Assembly (NCBI RefSeq): GCF_009914755.1 | Contig: NC_060928.1 | DNA from: the human T2T-CHM13v2.0 reference genome, Homo sapiens | Reading direction: 5' to 3' (one strand) | Length of the DNA stretch: 64,000 bases | Shown: one piece after another, positions 24,901-39,900 of the stretch | How positions within the stretch are numbered: position 1 is the first letter of the stretch | How the letters are laid out: each line of letters begins with the position of its first letter | The notes under the pieces: model-generated | Databases searched by the model: none | Seen by the model: only the letters and a program-made list of their open reading frames with translations | What the model was told of the DNA's origin: nothing | Translations under genes and position numbers: made by a program

Positions 24901-27900
24901 GGAAATATCTTCAAATAAAAACTAGACAGAAGGATTCTCAGAAACTTATTTGTGATGTGTGTCCTAAACGAACACAGTTGAACCTTTGTTTTGATACAGC
25001 ATTTTGGAAACACTCCTTTTGTAGGATCTGCAGGTGGATATTTGGATAGATTTTAAGATTTCGTTGGAAACGGGAATTTCTTCATTGAAACTCAAGACAG
25101 ATGCATTCTCCGAAACTTCTCTGTGATGTTTGCATTCCACTCATAGAGTTGAAAACTTCCTTTCATAGAGCAGGTTTGAAACACTCTTTTTGTAATATTT
25201 GGAAGTGGACATTTGCAGCGCTTTGAGGCCTATGGTGAAAAAGGAAATATCTTCTCATAAAAACCAGAAACAAGCATTCTCAGAAACTTCTTTTTGATGT
25301 GTGTACTCAAGTAACAGAGTTGAACCTTCCTTTTGACACAGCAGTTTTGAAACAATCTTTTTGTAGAATCTGCAAGTGGATATTTGGATAGCTTTGAGGA
25401 TTTCGTTGGAAACGGGATATCTTCATATAAAATCTAGACAGAAGCATTCTCAGAAACTTCTTTGTGCTGTATGTCCTCAATTAACAGAGTTGAACCATTG
25501 CTTGGATACAGCATTTTGGAAACATTCCTTGAGTAGAATCTGCAAGTTGATATTTAGATAGATTTGAAGATTTCGTTGGAAAAGGGAATATCTCCATAGA
25601 AAATCTAGAGGGAAGCATTCTCAGAAACTGCTTTGTGATGTTTCCATTCAAGTCACAGAGTTGAATATTCCCTTTTATAGAGCACGTTTGAAACACTCTT
25701 TCTGCACTATCTGGAAGTGGACATTTCGAGCGCTTTGAGGCCTATGGTGAAAAAGGAAATATCTTCCCATAAAAACTAGACAGAAGCATTCTCAGAAACT
25801 TGTTTGTGATGTGTGTATTCAACTAACAGAGTTGAACTTTTGTTTTTACAGAGCCGTTTTAAAACACTCTTTTTGTGGAATCAGAAAGTGGATATTCGGA
25901 TGGCTCTGAGGATTTCGTTGGAAGCGGGATTACATATAAAATCCAGAGAGAAGCATTCTCAGGAACTTCTTTGTGATGTTTGCATTGAAGTCACAGAATT
26001 GAACATTCACTTTGATAGAGCAGGTTTGAAACACTCCTTCTGTAGTATCTGGAAGTGGACATTTCAAGCGCTTTCAGGCCTATGGTGAGAAAGGAAATAT
26101 CTTCGAATAAAAACTAGACAGAAGCATCCTCAGAAACTTATTTGTGATGTGTGTCCTCAACTAACAGAGTTGAAACTTTGTTTTGATACAGCATTTTGGA
26201 AACACTCTTTTTGTAGAATCTGCAGGTGGATATATGGATAGCTTAGAGGGATTCGTTGGAAAGGGGATATCTTCATATAAAATCTAGACAGAAGCATTCT
26301 CAGAAACTTATTTGTGATGTGTGTCCTCAACTAACAGAGTTGAACCTTGGTTTTGATACAGCATTTTGGAAACACTCCTTTTGTAGAATCTGCAGGTGGA
26401 TATGTGGATAGCTCTGAAGATTTCGTTGGAAACGGGAATTTCTTCATATAAAATCAAACAGAAGCATTCTCAGAAACTTCTCAGTGATGTTTGCATTCAG
26501 CTCATGGAGTTGAACACTTCCTTTCATAGAGCCGGTTTGAAACACTCTTTCTGCACTACCTGGAAGAGGACATTTCGAGCGCTTTGAGTCCTATGGTGAA
26601 AAAGGAAATATCTTCTCATAAAAACCAGAAAGAAGCATTCTCAGAAACTTCTTTGTGTTGTGTGTACTCATGTAACAGTGTTGAACCATCCTTTTGACAG
26701 AGCAGTTTTGAAACACTCTTTTTGTAGAATCTGCAAGTGGATATTTGGATAGCTTTGAGGATTTCGTTGGAAACGGGATGACATATAATATCTAGAGAGA
26801 AGCATTCTCAGGAACTTCTTTGTGATGTTTGCATTCAAGTCACAGAATTGAACATTCCCTTTCATAGAGCAGGTTTGAAACACTCTTTCTCTAGTATCTG
26901 GAAGTGAGCATTTCAAGCGCTTTCAGGCCTATGGAGAGAAAGGGAATACCTTCAAATAAAAACTAGACAGAAGCATTCTCAGAAACTTATTTGTGATGTG
27001 TGTCCTCAACTAACAGAGTTGAACCTTTGTTTTGATACAGCATTTTGGAAACACTCCTTTTGTAGAATCTGCAGGTGGATATTTGGATAGCTTTGAAGAT
27101 TTCGTTGGAAACCGGAATATCTTCATATAAAATCAAGACAGAAGCATTCTCGGAAACAGCTCTGTGATGTTTGCATTCAACTCAGTAGAGTTGAACACTT
27201 CCTTTCATAGAGCAGGTTTGAAACACTCTTTCTGCACTACCTGGAAGCGGACATTTCGAGCGCTTTGAGGCCTATGGTGAAAAAGGAAATATCTTCTCAT
27301 AAAAACCAGAAAGAAGCATTCTCAGAAACTTCTTTGTGTTGTGTGTACTCAAGTAACAGTGTTGAACCTTCCTTTTGACACAGCAGTTTTGAAACACTCT
27401 TTTGGTAGAATCTGCAAGTGGATATTTGGAGAGCTTTGAGGATTTCGTTGGAAACGGGTTATCTTCATATAAAATCCAGACAGGAGCATTCTCAGAAACT
27501 TCTTTGTGCTGTATGTCCTCAATTCACAGAGCTGAACCTTTGTTTGGATACAGCATTTTGGAGACATTCCTTTAGTAGAATCTGCAAGTTGATATTTAGA
27601 TAGCTTTGAAGATTTCGTTGGAAACGGGAATATCTTCATAGAAAATCTAGACGGAAGCATTCTCAGAAACTGCTTTGTGATGTTTGCATTCAAGTCACAG
27701 AGTTGAATATTCCCTTTTATAGAGTAGGTTTGAAACACTCTTTCGGCACTACCTGGAAGTGGATATTTCGAGCTCTTTGAGGCCTATGGTTAAAAGGAAA
27801 TATCTTCCCATAAAAACTAGACAGAAGCCGTCTCAGAAACTTGTTTGTGATGTGTGTATTCAACTAACAGAGTTGAACATTTCTGTTACAGAGCAATTTT

Positions 27901-30900
27901 AAAACACTCTTTTTGTGGAATCTGAAAGTGGATAATTGGATAGCTTTGTGGATTTCGTTGGAAACGGGATGACGTATAAAATCTAGAGAGAAGCATTCTC
28001 AGGAACTTCTTTCTGATGTTTGCATTCAAGTCACAGAATTGAACATTCCTTTTCATAGTGCAGGTTTGAAACACTCTTTCTGTAGTATCTGGAAGTGGAC
28101 ATTTCAAGCGCTTTCAGGCCTACGGGGAGAAAGGAAATATCTTCAAATAAAAACTAGACAGAAGGATTCTCAGAAACTTATTTGTGATGTGTGTCCTAAA
28201 CGAACACAGTTGAACCTTTGTTTTGATACAGCATTTTGGAAACACTCCTTTTGTAGGATCTGCAGGTGGATATTTGGATAGATTTTAAGATTTCATTGGA
28301 AACGGGAATTTCTTCATAGAAACTCAAGACAGATGCATTCTCCGAAACTTCTCTGTGATGTTTGCATTCCACTCATAGAGTTGAAAACTTCCTTTCATAC
28401 AGCAGGTTTGAAACACTCTTTTTGTAATATTTGGAAGTGGACATTTGCAGCGCTTTGAGGCCTATGGTGAAAAAGGAAATATCTTCTCATAAAAACCAGA
28501 AACAAGCATTCTCAGAAACTTCTTTTTGATGTGTGTACTCAAGTAACAGAGTTGAACCTTCCTTTTGACACAGCAGTTTTGAAACAATCTTTTTGTAGAA
28601 TCTGCAAGTGGATATTTGGATAGCTTTGAGGATTTCGTTGGAAACGGGATATCTTCATATAAAATCTAGACAGAAGCATTCTCAGAAACTTCTTTGTGCT
28701 GTATGTCCTCAATTAACAGAGTTGAACCATTGCTTGGATACAGCATTTTGGAAACATTCCTTTAGTAGAATCTGCAAGTTGATATTTAGATAGATTTGAA
28801 GATTTCGTTGGAAAAGGGAATATCTCCATAGAAAACCTAGAGGGAATCATTCTCAGAAACTGCTTTGTGATGTTTCCATTCAAGTCACAGAGTTGAATAT
28901 TCCCTTTTATAGAGCACGTTTGAAACACTCTTTCTGCACTATCTGGAAGTGGACATTTCGAGCGCTTTGAGGCCTATGGTGAAAAAGGAAATATCTTCCC
29001 ACAAAAACTAGACAGAAGCATTCTCAGAAACTTGTTTGTGATGTGTGTATTCAACTAACAGAGTTGAACTTTTGTTTTTACAGAGCCGTTTTAAAACACT
29101 CTTTTTGTGGAATCAGAAAGTGGATATTCGGATGGCTCTGAGGATTTCGTTGGAAGCGGGATTACATATAAAATCTAGAGAGAAGCATTCTCAGGAACTT
29201 CTTTGTGATGTTTGCATTGAAGTCACAGAATTGAACATTCACTTTGATAGAGCAGGTTTGAAACACTCATTCTGTAGTATCTGGAAGTGGACATTTCAAG
29301 CGCTTTCAGGCCTATGGTGAGAAAGGAAATATCTTCGAATAAAAACTAGACAGAAGCATCCTCAGAAACTTATTTGTGTTGTGTGTCCTCAACTAACAGA
29401 GTTGAAACTTTGTTTTGATACAGCATTTTGGAAACACTCTTTTTGTAGAATCTGCAGGTGGATATTTGGATAGCTTAGAGGGATTCGTTGGAAAGGGGAT
29501 ATCTTCATATAAAATCTAGACAGAAGCATTCTCAGAAACTTATTTGTGATGTGTGTCCTCAACTAACAGAGTTGAACCTTGGTTTTGATACAGCATTTTG
29601 GAAACACTCCTTTTGTAGAATCTGCAGGTGGATATGTGGATAGCTCTGAAGATTTCGTTGGAAACGGGAATTTCTTCATATAAAATCAAACAGAAGCATT
29701 CTCAGAAACTTCTCAGTGATGTTTGCATTCAGCTCATGGAGTTGAACACTTCCTTTCATACAGCCGGTTTGAAACACTCTTTCTGCACTACCTGGAAGAG
29801 GACATTTCGAGCGCTTTGAGTCCTATGGTGAAAAAGGAAATATCTTCTCATAAAAACCAGAAAGAAGCATTCTCAGAAACTTCTTTGTGTTGTGTGTACT
29901 CATGTAACAGTGTTGAACCATCCTTTTGACAGAGCAGTTTTGAAACACTCTTTTTGTAGAATCTGCAAGTGGATATTTGGATAGCTTTGAGGATTTCGTT
30001 GGAAACGGGATGACATATAATATCTAGAGAGAAGCATTCTCAGGAACTTCTTTGTGATGTTTGCATTCAAGTCACAGAATTGAACATTCCCTTTCATAGA
30101 GCAGGTTTGAAACACTCTTTCTCTAGTATCTGGAAGTGGGCATTTCAAGCGCTTTCAGGCCTATGGAGAGAAAGGGAATACCTTCAAATAAAAACTAGAC
30201 AGAAGCATTCTCAGAAACTTATTTGTGATGTGTGTCCTCAACTAACAGAGTTGAACCTTTGTTTTGATACAGCATTTTGGAAACACTCCTTTTGTAGAAT
30301 CTGCAGGTGGATATTTGGATAGCTTTGAAGATTTCGTTGGAAACCGGAATATCTTCATATAAAATCAAGACAGAAGCATTCTCGGAAACAGCTCTGTGAT
30401 GTTTGCATTCAACTCAGTAGAGTTGAACACTTCCTTTCATAGAGCAGGTTTGAAACACTCTTTCTGCACTACCTGGAAGCGGACATTTCGAGCGCTTTGA
30501 GGCCTATGGTGAAAAAGGAAATATCTTCTCATAAAAACCAGAAAGAAGCATTCTCAGAAACTTCTTTGTGTTGTGTGTACTCAAGTAACAGTGTTGAACC
30601 TTCCTTTTGACAGAGCAGTTTTGAAACACTCTTTTGGTAGAATCTGCAAGTGGATATTTGGAGAGCTTTGAGGATTTCGTTGGAAACGGGTTATCTTCAT
30701 ATAAAATCCAGACAGGAGCATTCTCAGAAACTTCTTTGTGCTGTATGTCCTCAATTCACAGAGCTGAACCTTTGTTTGGATACAGCATTTTGGAGACATT
30801 CCTTTAGTAGAATCTGCAAGTTGATATTTAGATAGCTTTGAAGATTTCGTTGGAAACGGGAATATCTTCATAGAAAATCTAGACGGAAGCATTCTCAGAA

Positions 30901-33900
30901 ACTGCTTTGTGATGTTTGCATTCAAGTCACAGAGTTGAATATTCCCTTTTATAGAGTAGGTTTGAAACACTCTTTCGGCACTACCTGGAAGTGGATATTT
31001 CGAGCTCTTTGAGGCCTATGGTTAAAAGGAAATATCTTCCCATAAAAACTAGACAGAAGCCGTCTCAGAAACTTGTTTGTGATGTGTGTATTCAACTACC
31101 AGAGTTGAAGATTTCTGTTACAGAGCAATTTTAAAACACTCTTTTTGTGGAATCTGAAAGTGGATAATTGGATAGCTTTGTGGATTTCGTTGGAAACGGG
31201 ATGACGTATAAAATCTAGAGAGAAGCATTCTCAGGAACTTCTTTCTGATGTTTGCATTCAAGTCACAGAATTGAACATTCCTTTTCATAGTGCAGGTTTG
31301 AAACACTCTTTCTGTAGTATCTGGAAGTGGACATTTCAAGCGCTTTCAGGCCTACAGGGAGAAAGGAAATATCTTCAAATAAAAACTAGACAGAAGGATT
31401 CTCAGAAACTTATTTGTGATGTGTGTCCTAAACGAACACAGTTGAACCTTTGTTTTGATACAGCATTTTGGAAACACTCCTTTTGTAGGATCTGCAGGTG
31501 GATATTTGGATAGATTTTAAGATTTCGTTGGAAACGGGAATTTCTTCATAGAAACTCAAGACAGATGCATTCTCCGAAACTTCTCTGTGATGTTTGCATT
31601 CCACTCATAGAGTTGAAAACTTCCTTTCATAGAGCAGGTTTGAAACACTCTTTTTGTAATATTTGGAAGTGGACATTTGCAGCGCTTTGAGGCCTATGGT
31701 GAAAAAGGAAATATCTTCTCATAAAAACCAGAAACAAGCATTCTCAGAAACTTCTTTTTGATGTGTGTACTCAAGTAACAGAGTTGAACCTTCCTTTTGA
31801 CACAGCAGTTTTGAAACAATCTTTTTGTAGAATCTGCAAGTGGATATTTGGATAGCTTTGAGGATTTCGTTGGAAACGGGATATCTTCATATAAAATCTA
31901 GACAGAAGCATTCTCAGAAACTTCTTTGTGCTGTATGTCCTCAATTAACAGAGTTGAACCATTGCTTGGATACAGCATTTTGGAAACATTCCTTGAGTAG
32001 AATCTGCAAGTTGATATTTAGATAGATTTGAAGATTTCATTGGAAAAGGGAATATCTCCATAGAAAACCTAGAGGGAAGCATTCTCAGAAACTGCTTTGT
32101 GATGTTTCCATTCAAGTCACAGAGTTGAATATTCCCTTTTATAGAGCACGTTTGAAACACTCTTTCTGCACTATCTGGAAGTGGACATTTCGAGCGCTTT
32201 GAGGCCTATGGTGAAAAAGGAAATATCTTCCCACAAAAACTAGACAGAAGCATTCTCAGAAACTTGTTTGTGATGTGTGTTTTCAACTAACAGAGTTGAA
32301 CTTTTGTTTTTACAGAGCCGTTTTAAAACACTCTTTTTGTGGAATCAGAAAGTGGATATTCGGATGGCTCTGAGGATTTCGTTGGAAGCGGGATTACATA
32401 TAAAATCTAGAGAGAAGCATTCTCAGGAACTTCTTTGTGATGTTTGCATTGAAGTCACAGAATTGAACATTCACTTTGATAGAGCAGGTTTGAAACACTC
32501 ATTCTGTAGTATCTGGAAGTGGACATTTCAAGCGCTTTCAGGCCTATGGTGAGAAAGGAAATATCTTCGAATAAAAACTAGACAGAAGCATCCTCAGAAA
32601 CTTATTTGTGTTGTGTGTCCTCAACTAACAGAGTTGAAACTTTGTTTTGATACAGCATTTTGGAAACACTCTTTTTGTAGAATCTGCAGGTGGATATTTG
32701 GATAGCTTAGAGGGATTCGTTGGAAAGGGGATATCTTCATATAAAATCTAGACAGAAGCATTCTCAGAAACTTATTTGTGATGTGTGTCCTCAACTAACC
32801 GAGTTGAACCTTGGTTTTGATACAGCATTTTGGAAACACTCCTTTTGTAGAATCTGCAGGTGGATATGTGGATAGCTCTGAAGATTTCGTTGGAAACGGG
32901 AATTTCTTCATATAAAATCAAACAGAAGCATTCTCAGAAACTTCTCAGTGATGTTTGCATTCAGCTCATGGAGTTGAACACTTCCTTTCATAGAGCCGGT
33001 TTGAAACACTCTTTCTGCACTACCTGGAAGAGGACATTTCGAGCGCTTTGAGTCCTATGGTGAAAAAGGAAATATCTTCTCATAAAAACCAGAAAGAAGC
33101 ATTCTCAGAAACTTCTTTGTGTTGTGTGTACTCATGTAACAGTGTTGAACCATCCTTTTGACAGAGCAGTTTTGAAACACTCTTTTTGTAGAATCTGCAA
33201 GTGGATATTTGGATAGCTTTGAGGATTTCGTTGGAAACGGGATGACATATAATATCTAGAGAGAAGCATTCTCAGGAACTTCTTTGTGATGTTTGCATTC
33301 AAGTCACAGAATTGAACATTCCCTTTCATAGAGCAGGTTTGAAACACTCTTTCTCTAGTATCTGGAAGTGGGCATTTCAAGCGCTTTCAGGCCTATGGAG
33401 AGAAAGGAAATACCTTCAAATAAAAACTAGACAGAAGCATTCTCAGAAACTTATTTGTGATGTGTGTCCTCAACTAACAGAGTTGAACCTTTGTTTTGAT
33501 ACAGCATTTTGGAAACACTCCTTTTGTAGAATCTGCAGGTGGATATTTGGATAGCTTTGAAGATTTCGTTGGAAACCGGAATATCTTCATATAAAATCAA
33601 GACAGAAGCATTCTCGGAAACAGCTCTGTGATGTTTGCATTCAACTCAGTAGAGTTGAACACTTCCTTTCATAGAGCAGGTTTGAAACACTCTTTCTGCA
33701 CTACCTGGAAGCGGACATTTCGAGCGCTTTGAGGCCTATGGTGAAAAAGGAAATATCTTCTCATAAAAACCAGAAAGAAGCATTCTCAGAAACTTCTTTG
33801 TGTTGTGTGTACTCAAGTAACAGTGTTGAACCTTCCTTTTGACAGAGCAGTTTTGAAACACTCTTTTGGTAGAATCTGCAAGTGGATATTTGGAGAGCTT

Positions 33901-36900
33901 TGAGGATTTCGTTGGAAACGGGTTATCTTCATATAAAATCCAGACAGGAGCATTCTCAGAAACTTCTTTGTGCTGTATGTCCTCAATTCACAGAGCTGAA
34001 CCTTTGTTTGAATACAGCATTTTGGAGACATTCCTTTAGTAGAATCTGCAAGTTGATATTTAGATAGCTTTGAAGATTTCGTTGGAAACGGGAATATCTT
34101 CATAGAAAATCTAGACGGAAGCATTCTCAGAAACTGCTTTGTGATGTTTGCATTCAAGTCACAGAGTTGAATATTCCCTTTTATAGAGTAGGTTTGAAAC
34201 ACTCTTTCGGCACTACCTGGAAGTGGATATTTCGAGCTCTTTGAGGCCTATGGTTAAAAGGAAATATCTTCCCATAAAAACTAGACAGAAGCCGTCTCAG
34301 AAACTTGTTTGTGATGTGTGTATTCAACTAACAGAGTTGAAGATTTCTGTTACAGAGCAATTTTAAAACACTCTTTTTGTGGAATCTGAAAGTGGATAAT
34401 TGGATAGCTTTGTGGATTTCGTTGGAAACGGGATGACGTATAAAATCTAGAGAGAAGCATTCTCAGGAACTTCTTTCTGATGTTTGCATTCAAGTCACAG
34501 AATTGAACATTCCTTTTCATAGTGCAGGTTTGAAACACTCTTTCTGTAGTATCTGGAAGTGGACATTTCAAGCGCTTTCAGGCCTACGGGGAGAAAGGAA
34601 ATATCTTCAAATAAAAACTAGACAGAAGGATTCTCAGAAACTTATTTGTGATGTGTGTCCTAAACGAACACAGTTGAACCTTTGTTTTGATACAGCATTT
34701 TGGAAACACTCCTTTTGTAGGATCTGCAGGTGGATATTTGGATAGATTTTAAGATTTCGTTGGAAACGGGAATTTCTTCATAGAAACTCAAGACAGATGC
34801 ATTCTCCGAAACTTCTCTGTGATGTTTGCATTCCACTCATAGAGTTGAAAACTTCCTTTCATAGAGCAGGTTTGAAACACTCTTTTTGTAATATTTGGAA
34901 GTGGACATTTGCAGCGCTTTGAGGCCTATGGTGAAAAAGGAAATATCTTCTCATAAAAACCAGAAACAAGCATTCTCAGAAACTTCTTTTTGATGTGTGT
35001 ACTCAAGTAACAGAGTTGAACCTTCCTTTTGACACAGCAGTTTTGAAACAATCTTTTTGTAGAATCTGCAAGTGGATATTTGGATAGCTTTGAGGATTTC
35101 GTTGGAAACGGGATATCTTCATATAAAATCTAGACAGAAGCATTCTCAGAAACTTCTTTGTGCTGTATGTCCTCAATTAACAGAGTTGAACCATTGCTTG
35201 GATACAGCATTTTGGAAACATTCCTTTAGTAGAATCTGCAAGTTGATATTTAGATAGATTTGAAGATTTCGTTGGAAAAGGGAATATCTCCATATAAAAT
35301 CTAGAGGGAAGCATTCTCAGAAACTGCTTTGTGATGTTTCCATTCAAGTCACAGAGTTGAATATTCCCTTTTATAGAGCACGTTTGAAACACTCTTTCTG
35401 CACTATCTGGAAGTGGACATTTCGAGCGCTTTGAGGCCTATGGTGAAAAAGGAAATATCTTCCCATAAAAACTAGACAGAAGCATTCTCAGAAACTTGTT
35501 TGTGATGTGTGTATTCAACTAACAGAGTTGAACTTTTGTTTTTACAGAGCCGTTTTAAAACACTCTTTTTGTGGAATCAGAAAGTGGATATTCGGATGGC
35601 TCTGAGGATTTCGTTGGAAGCGGGATTACATATAAAATCCAGAGAGAAGCATTCTCAGGAACTTCTTTGTGATGTTTGCATTGAAGTCACAGAATTGAAC
35701 ATTCACTTTGATAGAGCAGGTTTGAAACACTCATTCTGTAGTATCTGGAAGTGGACATTTCAAGCGCTTTCAGGCCTATGGTGAGAAAGGAAATATCTTC
35801 GAATAAAAACTAGACAGAAGCATCCTCAGAAACTTATTTGTGATGTGTGTCCTCAACTAACAGAGTTGAAACTTTGTTTTGATACAGCATTTTGGAAACA
35901 CTCTTTTTGTAGAATCTGCAGGTGGATATTTGGATAGCTTAGAGGGATTCGTTGGAAAGGGGATATCTTCATATAAAATCTAGACAGAAGCATTCTCAGA
36001 AACTTATTTGTGATGTGTGTCCTCAACTAACAGAGTTGAACCTTGGTTTTGATACAGCATTTTGGAAACACTCCTTTTGTAGAATCTGCAGGTGGATATG
36101 TGGATAGCTCTGAAGATTTCGTTGGAAACGGGAATTTCTTCATATAAAATCAAACAGAAGCATTCTCAGAAACTTCTCAGTGATGTTTGCATTCAGCTCA
36201 TGGAGTTGAACACTTCCTTTCATAGAGCCGGTTTGAAACACTCTTTCTGCACTACCTGGAAGAGGACATTTCGAGCGCTTTGAGTCCTATGGTGAAAAAG
36301 GAAATATCTTCTCATAAAAACCAGAAAGAAGCATTCTCAGAAACTTCTTTGTGTTGTGTGTACTCATGTAACAGTGTTGAACCATCCTTTTGACAGAGCA
36401 GTTTTGAAACACTCTTTTTGTAGAATCTGCAAGTGGATATTTGGATAGCTTTGAGGATTTCGTTGGAAACGGGATGACATATAATATCTAGAGAGAAGCA
36501 TTCTCAGGAACTTCTTTGTGATGTTTGCATTCAAGTCACAGAATTGAACATTCCCTTTCATAGAGCAGGTTTGAAACACTCTTTCTCTAGTATCTGGAAG
36601 TGGGCATTTCAAGCGCTTTCAGGCCTATGGAGAGAAAGGGAATACCTTCAAATAAAAACTAGACAAAAGCATTCTCAGAAACTTATTTGTGATGTGTGTC
36701 CTCAACTAACAGAGTTGAACCTTTGTTTTGATACAGCATTTTGGAAACACTCCTTTTGTAGAATCTGCAGGTGGATATTTGGATAGCTTTGAAGATTTCG
36801 TTGGAAACCGGAATATCTTCATATAAAATCAAGACAGAAGCATTCTCGGAAACATCTCTGTGATGTTTGCATTCAACTCAGTAGAGTTGAACACTTCCTT

Positions 36901-39900
36901 TCATAGAGCAGGTTTGAAACACTCTTTCTGCACTACCTGGAAGCGGACATTTCGAGCGCTTTGAGGCCTATGGTGAAAAAGGAAATATCTTCTCATAAAA
37001 ACCAGAAAGAAGCATTCTCAGAAACTTCTTTGTGTTGTGTGTACTCAAGTAACAGTGTTGAACCTTCCTTTTGACAGAGCAGTTTTGAAACACTCTTTTG
37101 GTAGAATCTGCAAGTGGATATTTGGAGAGCTTTGAGGATTTCGTTGGAAACGGGTTATCTTCATATAAAATCCAGACAGGAGCATTCTCAGAAACTTCTT
37201 TGTGCTGTATGTCCTCAATTCACAGAGCTGAACCTTTGTTTGGATACAGCATTTTGGAGACATTCCTTTAGTAGAATCTGCAAGTTGATATTTAGATAGC
37301 TTTGAAGATTTCGTTGGAAACGGGAATATCTTCATAGAAAATCTAGACGGAAGCATTCTCAGAAACTGCTTTGTGATGTTTGCATTCAAGTCACAGAGTT
37401 GAATATTCCCTTTTATAGAGTAGGTTTGAAACACTCTTTCGGCACTACCTGGAAGTGGATATTTCGAGCTCTTTGAGGCCTATGGTTAAAAGGAAATATC
37501 TTCCCATAAAAACTAGACAGAAGCCGTCTCAGAAACTTGTTTGTGATGTGTGTATTCAACTACCAGAGTTGAAGATTTCTGTTACAGAGCAATTTTAAAA
37601 CACTCTTTTTGTGGAATCTGAAAGTGGATAATTGGATAGCTTTGTGGATTTCGTTGGAAACGGGATGACGTATAAAATCTAGAGAGAAGCATTCTCAGGA
37701 ACTTCTTTCTGATGTTTGCATTCAAGTCACAGAATTGAACATTCCTTTTCATAGTGCAGGTTTGAAACACTCTTTCTGTAGTATCTGGAAGTGGACATTT
37801 CAAGCGCTTTCAGGCCTACGGGGAGAAAGGAAATATCTTCAAATAAAAACTAGACAGAAGGATTCTCAGAAACTTATTTGTGATGTGTGTCCTAAACGAA
37901 CACAGTTGAACCTTTGTTTTGATACAGCATTTTGGAAACACTCCTTTTGTAGGATCTGCAGGTGGATATTTGGATAGATTTTAAGATTTCGTTGGAAACG
38001 GGAATTTCTTCATAGAAACTCAAGACAGATGCATTCTCCGAAACTTCTCTGTGATGTTTGCATTCCACTCATAGAGTTGAAAACTTCCTTTCATAGAGCA
38101 GGTTTGAAACACTCTTTTTGTAATATTTGGAAGTGGACATTTGCAGCGCTTTGAGGCCTATGGTGAAAAAGGAAATATCTTCTCATAAAAACCAGAAACA
38201 AGCATTCTCAGAAACTTCTTTTTGATGTGTGTACTCAAGTAACAGAGTTGAACCTTCCTTTTGACACAGCAGTTTTGAAACAATCTTTTTGTAGAATCTG
38301 CAAGTGGATATTTGGATAGCTTTGAGGATTTCGTTGGAAACGGGATATCTTCATATAAAATCTAGACAGAAGCATTCTCAGAAACTTCTTTGTGCTGTAT
38401 GTCCTCAATTAACAGAGTTGAACCATTGCTTGGATACAGCATTTTGGAAACATTCCTTTAGTAGAATCTGCAAGTTGATATTTAGATAGATTTGAAGATT
38501 TCGTTGGAAAAGGGAATATCTCCATAGAAAATCTAGAGGGAAGCATTCTCAGAAACTGCTTTGTGATGTTTCCATTCAAGTCACAGAGTTGAATATTCCC
38601 TTTTATAGAGCACGTTTGAAACACTCTTTCTGCACTATCTGGAAGTGGACATTTCGAGCGCTTTGAGGCCTATGGTGAAAAAGGAAATATCTTCCCATAA
38701 AAACTAGACAGAAGCATTCTCAGAAACTTGTTTGTGATGTGTGTATTCAACTAACAGAGTTGAACGTTTGTTTTTACAGAGCCGTTTTAAAACACTCTTT
38801 TTGTGGAATCAGAAAGTGGATATTCGGATGGCTCCGAGGATTTCGTTGGAAGCGGGATTACATATAAAATCTAGAGAGAAGCATTCTCAGGAACTTCTTT
38901 GTGATGTTTGCATTGAAGTCACAGAATTGAACATTCACTTTGATAGAGCAGGTTTGAAACACTCATTCTGTAGTATCTGGAAGTGGACATTTCAAGCGCT
39001 TTCAGGCCTATGGTGAGAAAGGAAATATCTTCGAATAAAAACTAGACAGAAGCATCCTCAGAAACTTATTTGTGATGTGTGTCCTCAACTAACAGAGTTG
39101 AAACTTTGTTTTGATACAGCATTTTGGAAACACTCTTTTTGTAGAATCTGCAGGTGGATATTTGGATAGCTTAGAGGGATTCGTTGGAAAGGGGATATCT
39201 TCATATAAAATCTAGACAGAAGCATTCTCAGAAACTTATTTGTGATGTGTGTCCTCAACTAACAGAGTTGAACCTTGGTTTTGATACAGCATTTTGGAAA
39301 CACTCCTTTTGTAGAATCTGCAGGTGGATATGTGGATAGCTCTGAAGATTTCGTTGGAAACGGGAATTTCTTCATATAAAATCAAACAGAAGCATTCTCA
39401 GAAACTTCTCAGTGATGTTTGCATTCAGCTCATGGAGTTGAACACTTCCTTTCATAGAGCCGGTTTGAAACACTCTTTCTGCACTACCTGGAAGAGGACA
39501 TTTCGAGCGCTTTGAGTCCTATGGTGAAAAAGGAAATATCTTCTCATAAAAACCAGAAAGAAGCATTCTCAGAAACTTCTTTGTGTTGTGTGTACTCATG
39601 TAACAGTGTTGAACCATCCTTTTGACAGAGCAGTTTTGAAACACTCTTTTTGTAGAATCTGCAAGTGGATATTTGGATAGCTTTGAGGATTTCGTTGGAA
39701 ACGGGATGACATATAATATCTAGAGAGAAGCATTCTCAGGAACTTCTTTGTGATGTTTGCATTCAAGTCACAGAATTGAACATTCCCTTTCATAGAGCAG
39801 GTTTGAAACACTCTTTCTCTAGTATCTGGAAGTGGGCATTTCAAGCGCTTTCAGGCCTATGGAGAGAAAGGGAATACCTTCAAATAAAAACTAGACAGAA

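Noticed and set aside
4753-34011. Single variants shared by distant units (TTGAATAC at 4753/34011; CATACAGC at 2374/28400)
   Set aside because: Isolated single sites cannot be distinguished from recurrent mutation, so they are not enough to claim conversion tracts.
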